Source: Phoronis australis (taxonomy: Eukaryota > Animalia > Phoronida). From it: a stretch of 64,000 nucleotides of DNA. This document shows, piece by piece, positions 24,501 through 35,376 of the stretch (its first letter is position 1; every line of letters begins with the position of its first letter). Below the pieces are notes generated by a model. That model ran no database searches, was not told the DNA's origin, and worked only from the letters and a program-made list of their open reading frames with translations. The stretch spans positions 116,819 to 180,818 of the forward strand of contig NMRA01000112.1 of the NCBI GenBank assembly GCA_002633005.1, given 5' to 3'. Made by a program: the position numbers and the translations under genes.

Positions 24501-27500
24501 GCTGTTGAATGTAATGCAACTGGTTAAACACAAAATAAGTAGTAGCTCGACACCTAGCTTGATGCCTGGCGAAAATCCCTGGTCACCGAACGAAATCTGA
24601 GGTCGCCAAAACTGTCGTCGAAATCATCAACTAAAAACAGGTCATGCCAGACTCCATTCTCAGAAACTTGCGCTTACCTCCTCAATTTCTCCCTGTAAAA
24701 AATACGTACTATTCAATCTCTTACTCAGTTCCTCCTACTAATGAAGATAGAACGCAATCACATACACTGGAGGCTCGTGTTTTACCGATCTTGTCCGATT
24801 TTTGCCGAACAATTTTGTCTGTGTACTTCGTGTTGTAACTTAAGCCTGTGTTTGATGTGTGCTGACTGCTGTGTTGGCAAATGTACACGAAACGGAATAA
24901 TTGTGAACCAAAGGTATCAAACCAAGGAAAACTGTTAGTGATTAAAAGTTTGGATATCAACACAAACTTTGAAACAAATTTGGGGTGAATTATTGTCTGG
25001 TTTTGATACTCGCAGTGGCGATACACAGTCTGCAGGTTGTCAAATCGAGCAATATCTTTTCATATCTTCCTGTGATTCATGTCTTTGTTCTTAGATTCAG
25101 TTATCTGTTCCTGATCAAAGCTCCGTCCACTTGTCCAAAGATGGCACTGTCATCACGTCGCCGGAGGGACTCCGTGTTGTCGATCCGTCAACTGGCCAGG
25201 AGATCTTCTCTTCAGACACTGGTGAAAACATTCATTTACCAGGCAACTTAAAATATCTTGACATAGCAAAAGCTGAAGTGTCAGAGGTACAATAGTTATA
25301 GCAGATTTTTTACCTAAGGTTTACCTGACCAATTATGGCTGTTAATGTGTCATGCTTAAGGTAGGTGTATACACTGATCAAATCTCCATGTTCCTAACTA
25401 AAATGAGTAAAAAGGAAGTTTTAACTAGTTAGACATGACTCTGAAAGTGACAAAAATCGAAAAAAAAAGTTTTTTTTGTAGTTCGTTTTTTTAAAAAATC
25501 GTATTTTGTAATTTTCGAAAAATCCATTTTTACCTCGAATTTTTTTTCAAAATGTACAGGGATTATCATCAACTGTTTCCTTATGCAATATTCTACTTAT
25601 CCATACCAAATATATGTACAAAATCATAATGATCTTGATTTTGCGGCATTTTTTGCGTGTGAGTTGGGGCAAGCTCTCAACTTTTTGTCATTTGGTCACG
25701 TTCCGTCTAGTAACTAAAAATCTGGTCCATATATCAAAAAACCCTGGCACGCGATTTTACTTTAGTTATAGTGGATTTCAAATTTACAAATTTCGTAAAA
25801 ATTGACCTACGCGTTCTTGAAAAATAGGCCCGAGAATTTTGTCACCTCCCTGAAATCACGAGCCGAGAAAAACGGCTTTGAAGTTAAGCGGGCATCGATT
25901 CCCACTTGAGGTCAAAATTCGTTCAGAACACGTGGTCATAATGTTCCAATTTCTTTTCATGTAATAGAAGTAAAGCTGACATTTGCTTCACGTTTACAAA
26001 ATATGACATACCTGTTTGTTTACAGCGCAATTTTAATCATTTTTTGCGAAATTGTGAACAACGAGACGATCAAAACAAATATGGCTGATCTGTGGGCGGA
26101 GCTTAGCGTTGATCTATTGTCTGCTGTTACACAGGCGATTGAAAGTAGGTGCGATAATTGCGTAATGTATGTCTCGTCCTGCGTTCTTTCGATGTTACAA
26201 TACACAAATCTGAAGTGATGGCGAAAGGACGTAAAAATTTGTCGAAAGCAGCAAACAGAAACAACTTGAAGGAGGAACAGGAGAATCGGATAGAGGACAA
26301 GAAAAAAGCTCTTTCTGCGAAAATAGCGTCGCTTGGGTGAGATTCTCGAAAAGTTACCTAAATTTCGTATCTTGCTTTCTACGTATAATAATATGAGTTT
26401 TATTCTGGGATAAATTTGAGTCGATGCATTAGAATAATTCTTACACTGCTTTTTACGCCAAAGAAAATGCTAAATTTACTTAAACCAAAATAAAACTGTA
26501 ACAACTTTGTTTTATAAATTACATCTATCCCGCGTGTCTTTGTTTTTTAGGTTTGATGCCTCACTATTTGTCCAGGGAATGGAGCTTTCGGTTGCCAAAT
26601 ACAAATCAAAAAACAAAACAAACAAACAGATAAGATTGTATCACTACAGCAACTGGGCGAAATCTTTGAAGGTAAGAATTTAGCGATGGCTTAGTATCGA
26701 AATCCGATAAAACGTAAAATGATAGTCCAAATTATGGAACTTGTGATCAAAATTTTACTTCAAATCCCGACATAAAAAGATAATTGCTACTCACAGAAAA
26801 AGCTCTGAAAAGTTGGCAAAGCCTGAGCTATCGCGCATCACGCGATTGAGCAGCGAAAGGCGGTCGAGTTCGACGCCCGACCACGGAATCGCATAGTATA
26901 TTACGCCTGCTTTAACTTTTGAGTGTTGAACACTGGATTATTTCTCTAATTTGTTTGATTTATATCATCATATTTAGAGAAAACTTGCATGTCATAATCT
27001 GGTGACAATTTTTACCTCTTGATTCTAAATGTTACGCGATTGTTTTATTTCAAGGACAGAGAAATCGGACCGGAAGGCTGCTGTTATAGTTACCCAAGAG
27101 AAGTTCTTGATTACATAAGGGCTATTCTTCCAAACCAGATCAAAGGGGAGATTCGTGACGTAAGTATTGATCTGCTGAAAAATATACAAAGTTTGCCGAG
27201 GTACTTCAAAATAATGTTGTAGGCTACACGAACAATAAAGTTAGAGTTTCGTTTGAATTTCAAACTGAAACATGTTCACAAGTAACCAGTTTCCTGTTAA
27301 CTATTACCAAACTTTTATTTCAGGGAGCTCACGAAGTACCTCTGGAAGACTTTTGCAGGGCAGTACTCGTACCACTGTGAAGGCATTGACAATTCTGCAT
27401 AAGCTGTAGGCCTAAACACATGACTTCAAACATAATAAAGATATTATTTGACAAAGTGGATGGCGTAATTATTTAATCAAATAATCTTCGTTGATGAAAC

Positions 27501-30500
27501 CACGGTAAAATCTTGTGCTGTGGGCAAGCACTAAGTATTCGGAGGAAATTTGGTTGACAAGAACACCGTATCCGTCTGTATATAATTATATCCCACTGAC
27601 GCGACACCAAGTAAATGTTCAACAGGGGAGGTGAGACGGGGACACATTCCGCTGGGGGGGTTTCTCACAGAAGAGGTATACAGGACGCGCCGCTCAAAGA
27701 GTGATCTTGCCACGGCACTAAGTGAACACTCCACATGGGTGCCATTTTCGAGAAAATACTTTACGAAATGGTGAATTTTTAAATTTTCTGAAACAAAACT
27801 GTCCGAGAACATCCCAAACAGACTCCACTTTCTAAATTGATAGGTACATAATTTTCCAGCGGCACCCTTCATCCAAAACTAGTTGAGTTCACACCCGGTA
27901 CGAAGGCAAAATTGTTAGCGTCCGTGGCGTTAGGTAAAATTGAGTGGCACATTGTAGACACTTTGAAGTGAACAGCGGGGCCAAACTCAAAATTGAACTG
28001 AGTCTCAACGGTGTGGCACACCGAGACCATTGCATAACTTCGGCTCTAATTGATAGTTGCATCAAAGCCGCCGACAGTAAGACACGGCAAGATTTCACCA
28101 GTTTTGAAATCCACGTGTTCGTTCGCTTTCCGTGCGTTAGACAAGTGTTAGTTGCTGCCCATAGTGTGTACANTCTCCATCCGTCCGTCCGTCCGTCCAT
28201 GCGGGCGGTGTCTGTCTGGCATCCACTGCTCAAAACCCTTTGACGTATGGTCATGAAATTGTGCACATGTGTTCCTTTTATGGATGGGACGGCATGAGCT
28301 AAGGTTCGGATGGATTCGATTACTGGTGTGCCGCCTAGTAGCAATTTTAGTTTTGTACTTTTACCTCTATGTTCAAAGGTCCTCCACGTATTTTCATAAA
28401 ATTTTGCATATAGGCATCTATTAGAGAGATGACACTATTCTCTCGTTTGCGGATGGATTTGATTTAGTTTGCGCCACCTAGTGGCCATTTTTTACTATTT
28501 TTGAGTCTGTTTTTTGGCATCCATCCCTCTATCAGCCAAACGGCTCTGAGAATGATTGTAAAAATTGGCATGTATGTTCTTACCATGAAGAGGGTCAAAC
28601 TCATTAATGAACTTGAAGAAGGCAGAGAGTTCATTCTTGGGAATAATAATAACAAACATGCCGTCCACATATCTCAACCACAATCTAGGGGGGTGGCCAG
28701 GGTACTGGCTAAGAATGAGCAGTTCGAAAACCTCCATATATAGGTTTGCTACTATGGGAGATACGGGCGAGCCCATAGCACATCCATGCTGTTGAATGTA
28801 ATGCAACTGGTTAAACACAAAATAAGTAGTAGCTCGACACCTAGTTTGGTGCCTGGCGAAAATCCCTGGTCACCAAACGAAATCTGAGGTCGCCAAAACT
28901 GACGTCGAAATCATCAACTAAAAACAGGTCATGCCAGACTCCATTCTCAGAAACTTTCGCTTACCTCCTCAATTTCTCCCTGTAAAAAATACGTACTATT
29001 CAATCTCTTCAGTTCCTCCTACTAATGAAGATAAAACGCAATCACATACACTGGAGGCTCGTGTTTTACCGATCTTGTCCGATTTTTGCCGAACAATTTC
29101 GTCTGTGTACTTCATGTTGTAACTTAAGCCCGTGTTTGATGTGTGCTGACTGCTGTGGTGGCAAATGTACACGAAACGGAATAATTGTGAACCAAAGGTA
29201 TTAAACCAAGGAAAACTGTTAGTGATTAAAAGTTTGGATATCAACACAAACTTTGAAACAAATTTGGGGGGAATTATTGTCTGACTTTGATACTCGGAGT
29301 GGCGATACACAGTCTGCAGGTTGTCAAATTGAGCAATATCTTTTCATATCTTCCTGTGATTCATGTCTTTGTTCTTAGATTCAGTTATCTGTTCCTGACC
29401 AAAGCTCCGTCCACTTGTCCAAAGATGGCACTGTCATCACGTCGCCGGAGGGACTCCGTGTTGTCGATCCGTCAGCTGGCCAGGAGATCTTCTCTTCAGA
29501 CACTAGTGAAAACATTCATTTACCAGGCAACTTAAAATATCTTGACATAGCAAAAGCTGAAGTGTCAGAGGTACAATAGTTATTGCAGATTTTTTACCTA
29601 AAGGTTTACCTGACCAATTTTGGCTGTTAATGTGTCATGCTTAAATCTTGAAAATCTTGTTAAACCTTGGATTTTAAGGTGTTCCAGAAAACTAGATTCT
29701 TGTCAAAGTAGAATGCTGAAAGTTAAAGATTTACTCCTTGACATTCTTTCCTTTGTTAGACCAAATTCATAAGAACGTGAAACGGTCAAATATGCTTTCT
29801 GTGCAATCACTGGCTATTTCATGTCCTCCATGTGTAAATTCAGGACCAGCTTCTGTCTTTATTCCTACATGTCACGACCATTACTGGAGTTCACACCACA
29901 AAACAAATCTAATGACAAATGCATTTTAAGAGGCTTTAAACCTTCCTTCCGTCATGAAAACCTTTTTTGATTTAGACCACTTTCCATGATTGTCAAATTG
30001 GTCTCTAATTGTTCCTTGGTAAAACTGGAGGTGATTTCAAAGGGTTGAAAGAAGTAATACTTTATTGCAACAGAGCAGGTTCTGTAAGTTGCTTGTCTTT
30101 GTGTGCCACGCATGGTTTCAGGAATTAATGAACTGCAATTTCTTTGCAAACCAGAAATCACTTCTTGTATTAATAAGAAACGAGCTGTGACCAATTTTAT
30201 GATGTCAAGTAATCTAAGTCAAAAGTTCGCTTCTTGGACGGGACGTGGGTTTATAGCTGCTTCAAACTTCATGTTAATCATTGTCCTGTGATCAGCTCTT
30301 GCTTTTATTAAGTCTCTGTTTGGTAGTGGAGAGCATTTATTTATAGACATTAAAAGAGAACTTATCTTGAACAGGGCATGCAACTCTTTTGTCTAAGTCG
30401 GCAGTAATTTGTAACAGACACTTTAAATAAAAGTACTTGCTGTTTAGGAATTATAATTTTATTGCCTTGGAAATTGAATGTATATTGTGTGTTTGCTTTC

Positions 30501-31569
30501 TTTAGGTCAGTACATCCCTTACCGATAGCTTGAGTGTGGAGTCTGATGCGAACGTGTCTTTGCGTGGATATGAGGGCCTCACTGCCGATGGCAAAGAAGT
30601 CCAACTCGGTGCCAAAACCTCTATTGATATTAAAGTGAGTACATTTTGTTTGTGCAATGTGGCTGGAAAAGCTGCAAAACATGGATTTCTGTCTCATATC
30701 CTGAGAAATTATTTTCATTATGTTCCTCCTTGACAATGACCCTGGTGTTTAAATGAGAAACTCTAGAATCATGAATTGATTTGGGCACGGTCATTTAGTG
30801 ACAAAATTTTTGGAAACGGGGAGCCTGATGTTTACTTGGGAAAAAGATTCAGTTGATGCTGTGGGAATTACAGTGATGCCCGATACTTGGCAGGTAAGAA
30901 TCAAATAAATCATTGGGGGATTATAAACAATGTGGTGCTAATCTCAGGATAGAGAATTTTGTGCATGTTTGATCTACTAGGTAAAATTCTTATGTGGGCA
31001 TTCACAGACAGATTGACTCTTCAAGAAATTGAATTAACATTCATGCGTTATGTTAAAGATAATTTAAGTCCAGAGAAAAAAGTCATGTATTTCAGTTCTC
31101 GAACTCCAAATACCATATTTTGAAAAATCTTGACATACATGGGAGATAACTAATGCCACCTGCCGACATGTAAATGACAACAGATGGGGTCAAGGGAAAG
31201 GAAAATGAACTTACATTACAAGTGAACCAATACTCAATGTGGAAGGTTCAATTTTGAAAATTTAGGGATGTGCGTTTGGTCAAATGTGGGAATTAGTATG
31301 GTGCACTGTTCAGTTATGCAAAAGAGGTGGATAACAATTACAACAAGCCATTGTTTTGTCTGTTGCAGAGTCCCAGTATAGTGCTGGACGGGTCATCCGG
31401 TGTGCACTTGGAGCAGTACCGCAGATTTCCTCACAAAATCTCAAGTTTTACATCACCAGAGATCTCTAGCCATCGCGTCTGCGTGTGCATGCCTAGCGGT
31501 AAACTATTTCTTGTCCCTGGAGCATTCACGTGCGCTCAGGCCAATGAAGAGGCAAACCCATGCCTGTAG
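21537..31569 (+). CDS. SGCB: Beta-sarcoglycan, 6 coding exons (exon 4 present twice in the assembly)
   Basis: Exons 21537-21554 (MAASNS), 22218-22421 (SMRDKSLHKRRVSKEHNSNFRAGYVHINEEQLHKTGIRGRK + TM), 22725-22910, 25095-25286 or 29379-29570, 30506-30634 (LRGYEG), 31369-31569 (RVCVCMPSGKLF..C..NPC*). All phase 0, GT-AG. KEHNSNF.AGY and the C-terminal Cys cluster are diagnostic. Confidence 0.95.
23850..24300. mobile_element. Dispersed non-autonomous repeat with (CCGT)n-type tract (DINE/HINE-like); second copy 28174-28590, related sequence ~61860-62110
   Basis: tccgtacgtccgtacgtcc / ccgtccgtccgtcc tract, gaaatt(g)tgcac core and gc(a/g)ccacctagtggcc motif are shared between copies. Confidence 0.5.
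24300..24540 (-). pseudogene. Penelope-like retroelement reverse transcriptase fragment (dead), copy A
   Basis: FNQLHYIQQHGCAMGSPVSPIVANLYMEVFE...PRLWLRYVDGMFVII: PLE-type GxxMGSPxSPxxANxYM motif; catalytic YVDD reads YVDG; truncated. Confidence 0.85.
25360..28172. mobile_element. Kolobok-type DNA transposon, left part (cut by the N join at 28173), inserted at TTAA in SGCB intron 4
   Basis: Copy A reads tgtgtcatgc-TTAA-GGTAGGTGTATAC... and copy B (29631-29650) reads tgtgtcatgc-TTAA-atcttg, the empty site. TTAA target plus GG terminus and a KolX-like gene inside. No transposase or right TIR is visible. Confidence 0.7.
26218..27380 (+). CDS. Spliced 133-aa KolX-like (P2X7 ballast-like) protein inside the transposon; exons 26218-26336, 26551-26671, 27055-27159, 27324-27380
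   Basis: Three canonical introns join without stops to give MAKGRKNLSKAANRNNLKEEQENRIEDKKKALSAKIASLGFDASLFVQGMELSVAKYKSKNKTNKQIRLYHYSNWAKSLKDREIGPEGCCYSYPREVLDYIRAILPNQIKGEIRDGAHEVPLEDFCRAVLVPL*. AATAAA at 27434. The gene structure is well supported; the family label is by eye. Confidence 0.7.
28174..29644 (+). repeat. Near-identical direct duplicate of 23898-25359, including SGCB exon 4; probable second haplotype
   Basis: Colinear with scattered SNPs and small indels; begins immediately after the N at 28173. Confidence 0.9.
28590..28825 (-). pseudogene. Penelope-like RT fragment, copy B
   Basis: Same GCAMGSPVSPIVANLYM...RYVDG peptide as copy A. Confidence 0.85.
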
Positions 31570-34500
31570 TTTGGGACATTTCACACTGTACAACTGTTAA
31601 TGTTCAATGTCAAGGTCACTGAAGGGCTTGCCATGCTTATTCGATCTTGAATTTTTGACCAGTGAAATGGCAGCTCAGTCACAGGCAACACGTAATCCTC
31701 CATTTTCAAATCCGGAATTTTAGGGTTGGTCAACCTCAATAGATTCGGAAGTTGTTTATTGACTCGCTGATGGGTTTTGATGCCCTTGTTGGTAATGTAA
31801 ATATAGCCCTTTCATAACATGGAATTTTGTGACACCGATTTTATTAGAGTAAAATATCTATTATTTTTTAGTTTTTTTGGCCTACTAAACAGGGTGAAAT
31901 GTAAGTTTAACCTATTCAATTGTAGTTTGGTAAAATAAATTGAGGGTTCTAAATAGGTTGATTGTGGTTTCTACTGGTCAAAGTGTACTCTAGTTGTATA
32001 TTATTGTTATTTAGCATGTGAGTTTTGTGGATACTGAAAGTGTCCTATTATTGTCACTAAAAGTAATTGTTTTTATACTTCAGCGCCAAATATACTGCTG
32101 TTATAAAAGCATGCAGTTTCCATGGTAATCATGTATTTCTTGTAATCGGTAGTCATTGTTATTTTTTGGTTATTTGTCTATATTGGTGAATTGAGATTTG
32201 GTATGTGTAAGTTGAGGTGTCCTAATAGGTGACATTTTGGCCGGTCAGTGATAGGTGCAATTAAATCTCATCAGTTTAGGTCACAGTATGGCATACAAGT
32301 GAAGTTTTACATTTTCATTTTTTCATGTAAGTAGCCCCAAATATTAGATGCTTTTATTATTTTCATGTTCTGCATTGTATCTACTGCTTTGAGAAGTTGT
32401 GAACAATCATTCACAACAGTGTTGGAAGCTTTTGAAAAACAAAAAAGAACAAACTTGGCTCTTATTTTTGTCCAAAATTGGTTAGGTTTTACTGTATGCA
32501 TTACTGGTTATGAGTTTTTGAATACATGTTTGGTTATTGATTGTACAGTAGGTGATCATGGTGCTGATTGTGAAATAGTCATATTTTAGTCTTTGAATAG
32601 AATGAAAGGAAACCTGTTCAATTGCTGGTGAGATAAGAGTCCTACGTAAGTTCATAAATGTTTAGTTCTACAGATGGATGTTTTTGCGCCACCTAGTAAA
32701 TATTGAGGTCACTGCATACGAGAACAATAATTGAAAGAATATGTGTGCGCATTATGGAAGTTAAGGAAGGTACAAGCTTGGATATCTGTTAGATTTAAAT
32801 TGTCTCCGAAAGTGTCAAAAAGACTGTCTCAGTTTGTTTTGTGCAGAGGTTTTTAGGGCACTGATTTCAGACATGTTCTTAATCAGTATTGCAGAAAGCT
32901 GGTGGTACCTATCACAGCTGCTGGTTAACAACAGAAGCATTAAATACCACAAGTCATCAGTAGCCAGTTACATGAAACGGTCCCAAATAAGGACTCCAAA
33001 TTCCTCAAGTTTTTGTTTTTGTCCATTTTTTACTTAGAATTTTTATTTTACTATCACTCTATCTTTATTAGGAGGTCCTGTTTGACTAATTATATTTTCT
33101 AATAATATATCTGAATATTTAGCCCTCATTTCATTGCAAATAAATAGAGACTTAGTTTTAAGTTTAATGTAGCAGGAGAAGCCGTTTTCTAAAAAAGATC
33201 AAATTCATTCAAAAGTTAACTCTTGGCGTGTATCAAAGCTAGAATTGACTTGTTCATGAAGATAAAATAACATTGGAAAAGACAATGAGTGTTTGCACAA
33301 GTCCATGAAATGAAAGTGGATTTTTTTTGCAACTGTTTCCTAGAAACTGCTGCAGGTGTTGGTACTCCACCAGTTAAGATGCGTAAAAGCAGTGTTATTG
33401 TAACTTTCAAAATAAACTGGAGACTTCAGTAGAACTTTTTCAGATTGTGACTCGGTTTATGCCTGAATTATTTAATGAAGTTTAGTTGGGACAAATAGCT
33501 GTTGTCACACTTTAGGTACGAGATTATTTTTTGCCATTGCACCAAGGCTTTATGTTAAAGCAAGATGCAATCTCGTTAGCAGCCCAGCATAGTAGTAAGA
33601 TTGAGGAAATTTAGGTGTAATTAAATATGGATCTTTCTTGTATGTGTGTCTCTATTGCTAGCACCAGTTTGCTTCTGGTAATCGAGTCCAGTTAATTCTG
33701 AAACGATCATAATTCTTCACATTTTAGAACACAATGTGGCCAACAAGTGAAATTCTGTTTTATCAAAAATTTCAACCAATAAGAAAATTGGTCTATTACT
33801 GGCATGGTTTGCACTATGTAGGTGTCAAAAAACAAGCAAGTTTTCCACTCAGTAATATTAAGTAATTCGGGCTTAAGTTTGTATAATGTTAATTTTGTCA
33901 ATTATTTCTGTGCGAAATAGGTGGAGAATTGCCGTACGGCTGTCTTTAAATTGAGTATAGCAGTAGTATTGGAGGGCATTATTTGGTCAGAATTGGTGTA
34001 AGCTATGGAATTGTTTCATACATGATGAGTCGTAGCACGTGCTGGAAGTGAACATGGTTAGATAACTTTGTGGACCACTATTGTGTACTTGGAGGATATC
34101 GCTTATTTTAAATCGTTTGTGCAATATTGTGTACTGTAGATAATTTATAGATTTAAACTGTTAACTTATTATGATCACAATGCCTATATAGAGATGTAAA
34201 TACAATGTTCAATATCAAATTGGCACTTTCGTTAATAACTTCATTCATCAAATGTATTCTAGTAACGATACACACTTCATTACATCAAGCCATGAAATGT
34301 GAACAATTGATTCAACACACACTGATTGACGCACGGAAGCTTAGTGGCAATACATCCATTTAGTGTGGAAAGTATGTTAAAACGTTTATGCTTTTCAAGC
34401 AAACATTTCAAAGAACTACTCTGTAAAAATCATTTCACTCTAATGGTCATGCTTCATTAAAAAGTACATAGTACACTCTTCCAATGTAGTAAACATTCCT

Positions 34501-35376
34501 CACAAACGTCTCTAAAAACTGAGCTGCACGAAATGACTATAATCTCACTGGAAATCGATGCATTGAACACGCACACTCGGGACTGCAAACCAATAGCAAC
34601 AATGATGCAAGATATACAGTTGAAGCAGCTTGAAATGAACCTTGTTTACAATATTCTTTTGCTTATAAACTTTTATTGCACAATCCAACCGCAACGTACA
34701 CAAATTACTTAGGCTATAATGAACTTGGGTTACGACAGCAAAAATTTTTAAAAGGTCCCAGAACTTAAAGTAAAAGTGTGATTAAGTTGCCAACACCAAC
34801 AATGTATGATTGAGTATTACTTTGGAATTAGTATCCATGAGACAGAAAATGCAGACTTTTCACTTAACTCCGACAAACTTTCAGTGTGATCATTCAAGTT
34901 TGCGCACTCGGCAACTAAATTTAATTGAATTTCACCATATTCGGATATAAAAAGAATCCATGTTGTTGAATTCAATTTGCACAACTTTTACTGACTTTTT
35001 AAACACAAGGTTAAGGGAATTATTCATGGGAGGTTCAATATTTTCTTTACAGTGCTGAGGAAAGGGCAGTCTATTTATTGTTTAACTGAGCAAGAACAGA
35101 AAGATGTCCAGTCACAAGCACAGAGGAACAAGGTCACCATGTGGCTATCTGAATACATACACTTACATAGGCAGGACTACTAGCCCCACCTAGCCAATTT
35201 CAAGTCCTCACATGCAGTGTAATTTCAATTTCATGAAAGCCCCTCCAGACCATCCATCACCAAGATTGTTACCAAATTATCCCCAAAATCAGATTACACA
35301 AAGTATAACCTGTTTCGTTTACTTATGGCTAATAATCGGTTTGCAGTCCTACGCATGCACAGGAAGTGGAAAAAAC

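Noticed and set aside
24985-25251. ORF-track peptide ...KMALSSRRRRDSVLSIRQL (also 29287-29535)
   Set aside because: Wrong frame over SGCB exon 4; the spliced frame is IQLSVPDQSSVHLSKDG.
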